A DNA stretch of 64,000 nucleotides from Candidatus Eiseniibacteriota bacterium (GTDB taxonomy: Bacteria; Eisenbacteria; RBG-16-71-46). Where the stretch lies: NCBI GenBank assembly GCA_963725865.1, contig CAVSAC010000014.1, positions 320,001-384,000 of the forward strand, written 5' to 3'. The notes under the pieces are model-generated. The model worked only from the letters and a program-made list of their open reading frames with translations. It ran no database searches and was not told the DNA's origin. This document shows positions 19,481 through 28,575 of this stretch, one piece after another. A program made the position numbers and the translations under genes. Numbering within the stretch: position 1 is the first letter of the stretch; each line of letters opens with the position of its first letter.

Positions 19481-20452
19481 CTAGCGGCCCTTGCGCTCCA
19501 GCACGCGCCCGGCGGCCGCCACGATGTCGGTGGCGGTGAGCCCGAACGCCTTCATGAGCTCCGCGGGCTTGCCCGACTGCCCGAAGCGGTCGTGCACGGC
19601 GACGAACTCCATGGGCACCGGGTGCGCCTGCACCAGCACCTCGGCCACCGCGCCGCCGAGCCCGCCGTTCACCTGGTGCTCCTCGGCCGTCACCACCGCG
19701 CCGGTCTCCCGCGCGCAGCGCACCAGCAGCTCGCGGTCGATCGGCTTGATCGTGTGCAGGTCCACCACGCGGGCACTCACGCCCTGCGCGCGCAGCGTCT
19801 CGTGGGCGCGCAGCGCCTCGTACAGCATCACGCCGCACGCGACGATCGTGAGGTCGTCGCCGGGCGCGAACACCTCGCCCTGGCCGAACGTGAACGGCGT
19901 GTCCTCGGCGGTCACCACCGGCACGTCCTCGCGCCCGAAGCGGATGTACACCGGCCCCGGCACGCTCGCGGCCGCGAGCGTCGCCTTGTACGACTCCCAG
20001 TAGTCCGCCGGCACCACGATCTTCATGTTGGGGATCGAGCGGATGATGCTGATCTCCTCCATCGCCTGGTGCGTCGCGCCGTCGGGGCCCACCGAGATGC
20101 CGCCGTGCGCGCCGCCGATCTTCACGTCGAGGTTCGAGTAGGCCACCGTGACGCGGAGCTGGTCCGCCGCGCGGCAGGTCGCGAACGCGCCGTAGGTCGC
20201 GAAGAACGGGATCTTGCCCATCGCCGCCAGCCCGGCGGCGATGTTGCACATGTTCTGCTCGGCGATCCCGACCTCGATGAACCGGTCGGGAAAGCGCTCG
20301 GCGAAGAAGTGCACCATCGTCGATTCGCTGAGGTCGCCGACCAGCACCACGATGCGCGGGTCGCGCTCGCCCAGGGTCAGCAGCGCGCGGCCGAAGCCTT
20401 CGCGCGTCTTCTTCATCTCCACCTTCTCGGGCAGCGTGATCGTCGCGCTCAT
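19481..20452 (-). CDS. Transketolase, C-terminal subunit
   Basis: TREGFG, FIEVGIAEQN, GPDGATHQ, TIKPID, TAEEHQ..GGLG. Confidence 0.93.
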   Translation of the reverse strand: MSATITLPEKVEMKKTREGFGRALLTLGERDPRIVVLVGDLSESTMVHFFAERFPDRFIEVGIAEQNMCNIAAGLAAMGKIPFFATYGAFATCRAADQLRVTVAYSNLDVKIGGAHGGISVGPDGATHQAMEEISIIRSIPNMKIVVPADYWESYKATLAAASVPGPVYIRFGREDVPVVTAEDTPFTFGQGEVFAPGDDLTIVACGVMLYEALRAHETLRAQGVSARVVDLHTIKPIDRELLVRCARETGAVVTAEEHQVNGGLGGAVAEVLVQAHPVPMEFVAVHDRFGQSGKPAELMKAFGLTATDIVAAAGRVLERKGR

Positions 20453-20463
20453 GGTCTCCCCCG

Positions 20464-21363
20464 TCATCCGTTCCGCAGTCGCTCGGACCACGTCGCGAAC
20501 GTGGTGCCCAGTTCCTGCAGCGCGCGCTCGCCCTCCTCGGGCTTCGGCGGCTTGCCGTGCCAGCGGTAGTCGTCCTCCATGAACGACACGCCCTTGCCCA
20601 TCACGGTGTGCGCGAGGATCACGCTCGGCTTGCCGCGGAACGCGCGCGCGGACGCGAACGCGTGCACCACGTCGGCCATGTCGTGGCCGTTGCACTCGAT
20701 CACGTTCCAGTTGAACGCGCGCCACTTGGCGTCGAGCGGCGCGATCCCGCAGATGTCCTCGACGTCGCCGTCGATCTGCTTGCGGTTGTAATCGATCACG
20801 GCGCAGAGGTTGTCGAGCTGGCGGTGGCCGGCGAACATCGCCGCCTCCCAGATCTGGCCCTCCTGCTGCTCGCCGTCGCCCATCACGCAGTAGACGCGCC
20901 GCGGGCTGTGGTCGATGCGCGCGGCCATGGCCACGCCGCAACAGACCGAGAGCCCCTGGCCGAGCGAGCCGCCCGACACCTCGATACCCGGCGTGTCGTG
21001 GCGCGAGGGATGGCCCTGCGCGTGGCCGGCGAAGGTGCGGAACTGGAGCAGGTCGCGCAGCGGGAAGTAGCCGCGCTCGGCCATCAGCGAGTAGATCACC
21101 GGCGTCACGTGGCCGATCGAGAACTGCCAGAAATCGCGCCCCTCCCACGACGGCTGCGCGGGATCGAGGCACATCTCGTGGAAGAACATCGCGGTCCCGA
21201 AGTCGGTCGAGGACAGCGGGCCGCCGGTGTGGCCGGTCTGGGACTGGATCAGCAGCGTGACGATGTCGCGGCGGATCTCGAGCGCCTTCTGCTGGAGCTT
21301 CTCCACCGGCCAGAGCAGGCGCCCGGGGGCGTGGCCGGGGGCGGTCGCGGTCTTGGTGGGCAC
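20464..21363 (-). CDS. Transketolase, N-terminal subunit
   Basis: GHTGGPLS, QGHP, GSLGQGLS, TPP motif GDGEQQEGQIWEA..N. Confidence 0.93.
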   Translation of the reverse strand: MPTKTATAPGHAPGRLLWPVEKLQQKALEIRRDIVTLLIQSQTGHTGGPLSSTDFGTAMFFHEMCLDPAQPSWEGRDFWQFSIGHVTPVIYSLMAERGYFPLRDLLQFRTFAGHAQGHPSRHDTPGIEVSGGSLGQGLSVCCGVAMAARIDHSPRRVYCVMGDGEQQEGQIWEAAMFAGHRQLDNLCAVIDYNRKQIDGDVEDICGIAPLDAKWRAFNWNVIECNGHDMADVVHAFASARAFRGKPSVILAHTVMGKGVSFMEDDYRWHGKPPKPEEGERALQELGTTFATWSERLRNG

Positions 21364-21527
21364 GAGGGAGATCCTCCGGAGCGTGGGGGTACGAGCCGAA
21401 CCGCGGCACGTTACCCGCGGTCCGCGGGCCGGTCAATGGCCGGCTGCACGATTTGCGCGCTCTGGACTCCCCCTGCCACCGGGCGCGCGCGGTCCGGTCT
21501 CCGCGCGCGCCCGCCGCGGCGCGCCGC

Positions 21528-22169
21528 TCAGCGATAGAGCGACTTGACGCGCCCCCACGAGGCCGGCAGGGCCGGGGTCTGGGAGCACACGTTGACCTGC
21601 GCCGGAGTCGGCACGCAGCCGGTGCCGGGCGGCACCAGGCTGCCGGTGTACGGATCGAGGCCGTCGAACAACGTCCACGTGCCGGTCCCGTCGGGCACCC
21701 GGCCGCTCGCGCGGTCGGCGGCCGCCTCGTGCGCCTTGAACGTGTAGCCGTCGACCAGCACGGTGTCGGGGCCGACGACCTGCCAGAGCAGCACCGAGTC
21801 GCCGCTGTTCGCGAGCGAGAGGCCGTTCGCCGGCTTGCCGTTCGCGCGCTCCCAGTCCAGCGACAGCTTGCCGGTGACGACCAGGTGCTCGCCGCCCGCG
21901 AGCGAGCCGGCGAACCCGTAGCGCGCGATGCTGTCGGCGTCGGTGAGCAGGAAGCTCGACACGTCGAGCGTGGCGGCAGAGGTGTTCACCACCTCGACCC
22001 ACTCGTCGTCGCGCGAGGAGTACACGCCGTCGCCGTTCCAGTCGCGCGCCGGCCCGGCCATGATCTCGTTGAGACGCAGGGCGGTCTGGGCGCACGCGGG
22101 GTGCGCGGTGAAGGCGAACAGCGGAGTGGCGAGCAGCGTGGCGATGAGCGCGGCGAGCGCAAGACGCAT
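21528..22169 (-). CDS. Secreted lamin-tail-domain protein with C-terminal SWGxxKxxYR tail
   Basis: Signal peptide; LRLNEIMA..DWNGDG...DEWVEVVN, LANSGDSV, GRVPDGTG, PTP. Confidence 0.75.
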   Translation of the reverse strand: MRLALAALIATLLATPLFAFTAHPACAQTALRLNEIMAGPARDWNGDGVYSSRDDEWVEVVNTSAATLDVSSFLLTDADSIARYGFAGSLAGGEHLVVTGKLSLDWERANGKPANGLSLANSGDSVLLWQVVGPDTVLVDGYTFKAHEAAADRASGRVPDGTGTWTLFDGLDPYTGSLVPPGTGCVPTPAQVNVCSQTPALPASWGRVKSLYR

Positions 22170-22338
22170 GGTGGTTCTCCCGCGGGGGCGCAGCACGCGG
22201 GGGCGTCCCGGGCAGCGCCGCGAGGCGGCCGCCGTCGCGTGCGCCCTCTGCACGCCGCGTGCCGCCCGCCGCGCGGCGCGCGGGCGCGGCGCGGGCCTTG
22301 GTCCGCGGCGGCCACGCGCGCGATCCGGACGTGCGAAG

Positions 22339-22640
22339 GGCCGGAGCGTGTGTCCACGCCCCGGCCCCCGCCGTCCACGCCGATGACGGCGCTCAGCGCG
22401 CGCGCACGCTCAGGAACTCGTTCATGCTCTGCAGCGCGAGCTGGATGTTCTCGAGGCTGTTCGCGTACGAGAACCGCAGGAAGCCCTCCCCCCACGCGCC
22501 GAACGACGTGCCCGAGAGGCACGCGACGCCGGCATCCTGGAGCAGCGCCTCGGCCAGCTCGGCGCTCTTCATGCCGGTGCCGGTGATGTTCGGCCACGCG
22601 TAGAAGGCGCCCGCCGGCATGTGGCAGCGCACGCCGGGCA
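22339..22640 (-). repeat. Direct repeat R3: last ~82 codons plus downstream hairpins of the aminotransferase gene
   Basis: Ungapped match to 33860-34161 (offset 11521). Confidence 0.95.
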
Positions 22641-22666
22641 TGGAGTCGGCATGAGCCTCCGCCACA

Positions 22667-25210
22667 CTATCGCAGCACGACCATCCGTCGCGTCTGAACC
22701 GTGGAGCCCACTTCGAGTCGATAGAGATAGCAGCCGGGCCGCCAACCGTCGGTGTTGATCGGTACGACATTCGGACCGGTAGGCCGAAGCTCGCGGGTGA
22801 GCGGCGCGGTGACCCGTCGCCCCTGAAGATCGTAGACGGCGAGCGTCACGCGGTCTGCCGTCGGCAAGACGAAGCGGATCGAGGTGTGCCCTCGTGACGG
22901 GTTCGGCGCATTCTGGAGCAACGTGACCCGCACCGGCCGAGCCGTCGTATCCTCACCACCTGAGATCGCGAGCCCCGACACGTCAATGGCGACCAGACTC
23001 GCGTGTGGAGTCAACCCCATACGTCTGAATGCGCCGCCGGCATAGACCGTGTGCTCCGCCGCATGTAGCGCCCAGACGACGCCGTCGGCATCGGGCACCC
23101 ACTCGGTCGCCGCACCGCTCACGGAATCCACGGCTGCGAACCACGGCCGCCATTGTCCGCTGACCGCGCCGAACTGCCCGCCGATGTAGATCGTGCCCTC
23201 GAGAGCCGCCAGCGCTTCTACTACGATGGTGCCTCCGTACGGCGGCGGTGGCGAGAGCGACGGGTTCCAGTCGCGAACGGCGCCGCTCGCCAGCTCGATC
23301 GCCGCCACGCTGGTGCGTGGCTGCCCCCCCATCGAGGAGAAGACACCTCCGGCATAGACGGTCGAGCCCTGCACGACGAGAGTGTTCACCCAGCCGTAGT
23401 AGCTGACACTCGGATCCCACGCCGTGGCCTGGGCCGTCGCACTGTCGAGCGCGGCGATCCCACCTCGCTGCGCACCTCCGATTCCCTCGAAGAAGCCACC
23501 CACGTAGATGGTGCCTCCCCTCGGGACGATCGAGAACACGGCGTCGTTCGCGCGTGGATTCCAATCGAGTGCATGGCCTGTCGACCTGTCCAGTGCCGCC
23601 ATGCCCTTTCGGGGTTCTCCGCCGATCTCCCAGAACCACCCGCCCGCGTACACCCGGTCGGCTTGAACTGCGAGCACATTGACGTAGTAGTCGGCTTCGG
23701 GGTCCCAGCTCGTGGCCGCCCCGGTCAGCGTGTCCACCGCGGCGATGCAACTGCGCAGCTGCCCACCGATCTGGCTGAAGTCCCCCCCCACGTAGAGGAC
23801 TCCCGCGTCGAGCGCAAGCGCTCGGATGAAGTATCCGTCCGGATTCGGATTCCAGTCCTTCACTGCTCCACTCACCAGGTCGATCGCAGCCAAGTTGTTG
23901 CGCCGTTGCCACGCCCCCACGCTCTCGAACCGGCCCCCGAGGTAGATGGAGTGTTCGCCCACCGCGATCGCCTCGGGCGCCCGGGTGACGTCTGGCCGCC
24001 AATCCGTGGCCAAACCCGAGACGGCGTCTACGGCGGCCAGCATGACCCGAGGTTGCCCGCCGATGGTCCAGAACGCGCCACTCACGTAGATCCGGTCGTG
24101 CTGCTTCGCCACGGCCCAGATGAACGGCCACGCCCACGGATTGGGAGGACCCGGCTTCGGATCCCACGGCATCACGCGGCCGGTCTCCAGATCCACCTGG
24201 GCCAGCCCGGCGCGCTCGTTCGCGCCCACCGTCGTGAACCGTCCCGCGATATAGGCCGTCGTCCCATCGATCAGGATCGTCCTCACCGACGGCTGGTCCC
24301 ACGGCAGCTCCAGCGGCGGCGCCGTCACGCTGGGATCCCAGTTCGTGGCTAGCCCCGCCGTGTCGTCGACCGCCGCCAAGTGCAGGCGGTCGGCGCCGCC
24401 GATCCGCATGAACCCCCCGCCGACGTACACCCGGTGCTGGTGATGCGCGAGCGCGTAGACCGGCCCGTCGGGATCGGGCTGCCAGCGCCGCGCCCGCCCC
24501 GTTGCCCGATCGATGGCCGCGGCGTAGAGCCGCTGCTCACCGCCGATCGTCCCGAAATCGCCCCCCGCGTACACCACATCGCCCCTCACCACCAACGCGG
24601 ACACCCCGCGGCTCGCGCTCGGGTTCCAGTCCGTCGCCTGCCCGGTTCGCGTGTCCACCGCCGCAATGCACCGGCGCTCCCGACCGCCGATCCGAGTGAA
24701 GTCCCCCCCGACATAGAGCGTGTGCCCCGCCAGCGCCAGGCACCGCACTTCGCCAGTGTCCGCGTCCGCACGCCACTCGGCCACGCGCCCGTCAGCCAGA
24801 ATGTGTGCGAGGTTGCGTCGCGGCTCGCCCCCCACGGCAACGAACTCGCCACCGATGTACCAGCCCCCAAGCCCATCTGGAACCACCGCCCCGACGCGTC
24901 CCGCCACGCGCGGATACCCGGGGCGTGGCGCACCATCGGACGACGACACCACCACCCCACCCCCCGTGCACGGCCCGACGGCTTCGAACGTCCCCGCGAC
25001 GTAGAGCGTGTTCCCCGAGCGCAGGATCGAGGTCACCGTGCCGTTGGTGCCCCAGAGATGCTCGTCAAGCGACTCGGCAGCCGCCGGGGCCCCTCGCAGG
25101 GCCAGCATCAGGATCGCAAGTGCCAGCCTGCGCTGGGGACGGGGACGCACCGCGACCTTCGGTCGCGGTGCATCCCAATCTCGCATCACCTCCGACTCCC
25201 TCGAGGCCAC
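22667..25210 (-). CDS. Module 3 gene B: secreted 14-repeat beta-propeller protein with T9SS/FlgD-like C-terminal domain
   Basis: 14 x (Y/F)xGGxF..iGG..R..lAAvD..TG...W.P repeats; QNAPNP...YDLQGRRV...GCYLYRL. Confidence 0.8.
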   Translation of the reverse strand: MASRESEVMRDWDAPRPKVAVRPRPQRRLALAILMLALRGAPAAAESLDEHLWGTNGTVTSILRSGNTLYVAGTFEAVGPCTGGGVVVSSSDGAPRPGYPRVAGRVGAVVPDGLGGWYIGGEFVAVGGEPRRNLAHILADGRVAEWRADADTGEVRCLALAGHTLYVGGDFTRIGGRERRCIAAVDTRTGQATDWNPSASRGVSALVVRGDVVYAGGDFGTIGGEQRLYAAAIDRATGRARRWQPDPDGPVYALAHHQHRVYVGGGFMRIGGADRLHLAAVDDTAGLATNWDPSVTAPPLELPWDQPSVRTILIDGTTAYIAGRFTTVGANERAGLAQVDLETGRVMPWDPKPGPPNPWAWPFIWAVAKQHDRIYVSGAFWTIGGQPRVMLAAVDAVSGLATDWRPDVTRAPEAIAVGEHSIYLGGRFESVGAWQRRNNLAAIDLVSGAVKDWNPNPDGYFIRALALDAGVLYVGGDFSQIGGQLRSCIAAVDTLTGAATSWDPEADYYVNVLAVQADRVYAGGWFWEIGGEPRKGMAALDRSTGHALDWNPRANDAVFSIVPRGGTIYVGGFFEGIGGAQRGGIAALDSATAQATAWDPSVSYYGWVNTLVVQGSTVYAGGVFSSMGGQPRTSVAAIELASGAVRDWNPSLSPPPPYGGTIVVEALAALEGTIYIGGQFGAVSGQWRPWFAAVDSVSGAATEWVPDADGVVWALHAAEHTVYAGGAFRRMGLTPHASLVAIDVSGLAISGGEDTTARPVRVTLLQNAPNPSRGHTSIRFVLPTADRVTLAVYDLQGRRVTAPLTRELRPTGPNVVPINTDGWRPGCYLYRLEVGSTVQTRRMVVLR

Positions 25211-25214
25211 GTCG

Positions 25215-27299
25215 CTACCTCACCAACATGACACGTCTCACGTACTGACCGTGCCCAAGCGTCAAGCGAGCGAAGTAGACGCCACTGCGCGCGAACGCGC
25301 CGTCCCCCGCTCGACCATCCCAGCGCACCGACGTCGCACCAGCGGCGAGCGTACCGTGAACCAATGTGCGAACGCGCCGTCCGAGGAGATCGTAGATCGC
25401 AAGGTGCGCCTCGGCCGGCGAGGGCAGGGCCACACTGAACGAAACCGCGTCGCGCGACGGCATGGCGCTCTCGACCGTAAGCCCGGCAAGCCTCGGGCGC
25501 GCGGCGTCGGACTCCGGCTCGACGCCCGCGAGGTCAGTGCACCCGAGCGCGAACTCGTAGGGCGGCGAAGCGGGGACGCGGGCGAAGTCCAGGGCCTCGG
25601 TTGTGTCGTCGTAGGCGGCCAGAAACTCGACGTTGCCGGCGTTCGCGAAGCTCAAGTACTCCGACCCTTTCCAATACCCCATTTCATCGGACTCGGCAGC
25701 TCCTTCGACTGCGGTGTAGAACCGCTGCGGATCGCTCCAGTGGCTCGGATCGAGATCGTCGGGCCGGCTCGACGCGGTGGTGATGTACATCAGCGAGTCC
25801 CGCACGGGGAGGCCCTTCGTGTACACGATCCACCACTTTCCATTGCGCCAGAATACGGATGGTGACTCGATACGACTCGTGCCCACAAGTGAGCCACGGG
25901 TCTTGAGTATCGGACCGATGTCATGCCATTGAGCGAGATCGCCATCCGACCCTGCCACGCCCACCACCATTTGGGACGGGGACAAGTTGCCGTGCACCGT
26001 CACGTAGAACATCAGCCAGTGTCCGGCCACGTCAGGGTCCGGAATCACACAGGGGTCACGGAGGTTGATGGAGGGCCAGGTCGGCCGCTGGACGTGATCG
26101 GCCCAGCCCACGGAACTGACCGTATACACGGCTTCCGTGCCGCGCGTCCACGTATTCAGGTTCGTCGAACTCGCGAGCCCGATGCGTTGATCGTCGTTTG
26201 CATCGACGCCGGCGTACAGCATCTTGTAGAACGGGCCTTGGCGAACGATGCTCGGAGCCCACACGTGATTCGATTCCCACCCCGTGGGTGCTACGTGAAG
26301 GACGTTTCGGTTCAAGACGATCCAGTGGTTCAGGTCGCCTAGTACCGAAACCGCGTGGCCGAAGTCCTTTTCGGAAGTGGCGAGGTGCGCGCGCACGCTG
26401 CGAATGTAGAAGACGTGGAAGGCGTAGTTGTTGCCTGCGTCGAAGTAGCCCCCCGGAACGAAAGCGAAGTCCTTCGGCTGAAGTGTCAGAGTATCGAGCG
26501 AACCGAGGAAGAAGCCGAGGCAATCCACCGGCCCGCTCATCTGCGGCGGCGGATCTTCGGCCAGCGAGGTCGTCGCGATTTCACCGAGGCTCCCGCTGGC
26601 CCGCACCCGACACTCGGGCATCAGGCCCGCAATCGAATCGACCGTGGTCAACTCTCGGTTGCTTGCGGTGGAGAGGCTGAGTGGCAGGCTCCAACTCGAG
26701 TCTGGCGCCATGAGCGACAGCGTGCGAACGGATTGAAGGCCCGACCCAGTAGCCGTGAGCCGGAAGTAGATCGAATTGTGAACGCTCGTCGCACGGAGGA
26801 TCACCGCTGGATACTCCCCCCACGCCCCTCCGTTGAACGTCACCTCATTCGACTCGATCACCTGCGTGGAATCGTTCGGATCCAGCGCCACCGCCTTGAA
26901 CCGCCCGCGACTCTCCGCCGGCAGGTCCAGCAGGTACTGCGCGACCGTGGCGATCGGTCCTTCGTCCGAACAGAACTGGATCGTCCGCAGATGCGCCGCG
27001 CTGTCCGCGGCGTTCGCCGGCTCGTCGACCGCCGACACCTGCGCCAGATCCTCCTCGCAGGCCAACTGCGCGTCGATCGGCACCGGGCTGATGTCCGTGC
27101 TGCTGTCGGCGACCCACAGCAGCCGCCACTCCGAGGGCAAGCGCGATTCGCTCGAATCCGCCTGCACCACCAGCGTGCAGCGCGTGGCCTCCGTGAAGCT
27201 CAAGCTCGCGCCGCCAGAGCCCCAATGGAGCTGCAGCGCGGTGGACGGACGTGGAACGAGCATGGCCATGAGAATCAGAACCCCGAGGATGCGGCACAT
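25215..27299 (-). CDS. Module 3 gene A: secreted GH32/GH43-like five-blade propeller protein with FlgD-Ig-like C-terminus
   Basis: Signal MCRILGV..; PKDF, HVWAPSI, LRDP, IESP; YDLLGRRVRTL...WDG...SGVYF; GGAGG RBS. Confidence 0.75.
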   Translation of the reverse strand: MCRILGVLILMAMLVPRPSTALQLHWGSGGASLSFTEATRCTLVVQADSSESRLPSEWRLLWVADSSTDISPVPIDAQLACEEDLAQVSAVDEPANAADSAAHLRTIQFCSDEGPIATVAQYLLDLPAESRGRFKAVALDPNDSTQVIESNEVTFNGGAWGEYPAVILRATSVHNSIYFRLTATGSGLQSVRTLSLMAPDSSWSLPLSLSTASNRELTTVDSIAGLMPECRVRASGSLGEIATTSLAEDPPPQMSGPVDCLGFFLGSLDTLTLQPKDFAFVPGGYFDAGNNYAFHVFYIRSVRAHLATSEKDFGHAVSVLGDLNHWIVLNRNVLHVAPTGWESNHVWAPSIVRQGPFYKMLYAGVDANDDQRIGLASSTNLNTWTRGTEAVYTVSSVGWADHVQRPTWPSINLRDPCVIPDPDVAGHWLMFYVTVHGNLSPSQMVVGVAGSDGDLAQWHDIGPILKTRGSLVGTSRIESPSVFWRNGKWWIVYTKGLPVRDSLMYITTASSRPDDLDPSHWSDPQRFYTAVEGAAESDEMGYWKGSEYLSFANAGNVEFLAAYDDTTEALDFARVPASPPYEFALGCTDLAGVEPESDAARPRLAGLTVESAMPSRDAVSFSVALPSPAEAHLAIYDLLGRRVRTLVHGTLAAGATSVRWDGRAGDGAFARSGVYFARLTLGHGQYVRRVMLVR

Positions 27300-27579
27300 G
27301 GAGCGGCCTCCATTGTACTGCCGGTGGGGCGCAGCGCGGCCGTCGCCGCGATGGAGTTCGCGCGACGGCGAGAAGCGGGTGAGAGGCCAGAGACCGTGCG
27401 CGAGGGCGAGGGGCCCGAGGGAGGACGACGGCACGGCGGCGGACATGATCAACGCCCAAGGCGAAGGGCCGCGCGAGTGAGGGTGCCGCGCACGCGAGGT
27501 TGGTGGCTCGCGCAGAGGCAGTGTGCTCCCGCGACCGGGGGGGGGGGTGCAAGCGGGATTCGTTGCGGGATGGAGAAAC
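27300..27579 (-). promoter_or_regulatory. Conserved module leader with G11 tract (27537-27547)
   Basis: Closely matches 33487-33764; shares blocks with 45353-45674. Confidence 0.7.
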
Positions 27580-27666
27580 CGCCTAGTCCCGATCGCCGCC
27601 CGTGGTCGCGATCGAGCCGCTCGGCCCACGCGCGGCGCCACGCAACTCCGGCGGTCCGCCGCGCCC

Positions 27667-28233
27667 GCGGCAACGCGAGAGGCCGGGGCGTGTGTCCACG
27701 CCCCGGCCTTCGCCGTCCACGCCGATGACGGCGCTCAGCGCGCGCGCACGCTCAGGAACTCGTTCATGCTCTGCAGCGCGAGCTGGATGTTCTCGAGGCT
27801 GTTCGCGTACGAGAAGCGGATGTAGCCCTCCCCCCACGCCCCGAACGACGTGCCCGACAGGCATGCCACGCCGGCGTCCTGGAGCAGCGCCTCGGCCAGC
27901 TCGGCGCTCTTCATGCCGGTGCCGGTGATGTTCGGCCACGCGTAGAACGCGCCCGCCGGCATGTGGCAGCGCACGCCGGGCAGCGCGTTGAGGCCCTCGA
28001 CGATCGCCTTCCGGCGCTTGAGGAACTCGGTCACCATCGCCTGCGCCTCGTCCTGCGGACCGGTCAGCGCGGCCATCCCGGCCTTCTGCGTGAACGTCGC
28101 GGTGCACGAGGTGACGTTGGTCTGCAGCCGCGCGCACGCCTGCGCCAGCGACTTCTCCATGATGCCGAAGCCGAGCCGCCAGCCGGTCATCGCGTAGGTC
28201 TTCGAGAACCCGTCGAGCACGATCGTGCGCTCG
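27667..28233 (-). repeat. Direct repeat R2: last ~165 codons plus downstream hairpins of the aminotransferase gene
   Basis: Ungapped match to 33846-34412 (offset 6179); frame open, no 5' part of the gene. Confidence 0.95.
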
Positions 28234-28575
28234 ATCCACCGAGCATCACCGCGACAACCGGTGCGGCGGCCTCTGGGACCGAGCGCTCAGCGCGCGGGAT
28301 GCGGTGGTGTTTTCGAGGGGCGAGCGAACTTGACGAGCGGGGCGCATCGATGCGTCGGATCCACTCCTCACCGATGCTCGGGATTCCTCGCGGACTCGCG
28401 AGCACCACAGCGTCGCCCCTGCCTGTGTACGGCAGTCCACGCTGGGGATGCTCCGCGCTTCCAGGCGGGTGCTTCCGACTTCGCCATTGCGTCGCCGCGG
28501 TGGACGTGAGTGCCAGCGCCGCTGGCGTAGCGGGATTCGCTGCGATCGGCCGATCCGACGCGAGGTCCTACGAAC

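Noticed and set aside
22393..22770. 125-aa ORF, and 161-aa ORF 27735-28220, as independent aminotransferase genes
   Set aside because: They are 5'-truncated repeat copies lacking most of the PLP-binding domain and a credible start or RBS
28283..28296. 14-bp match (GCGCTCAGCGCGCG) to the aminotransferase stop region as a short att core
   Set aside because: Low-complexity GC-rich word that could arise by chance; no counterpart in module 3
28234..28575. Small gene in the spacer between gene B2 and repeat R2
   Set aside because: Only short ORFs with no recognisable motifs or RBS
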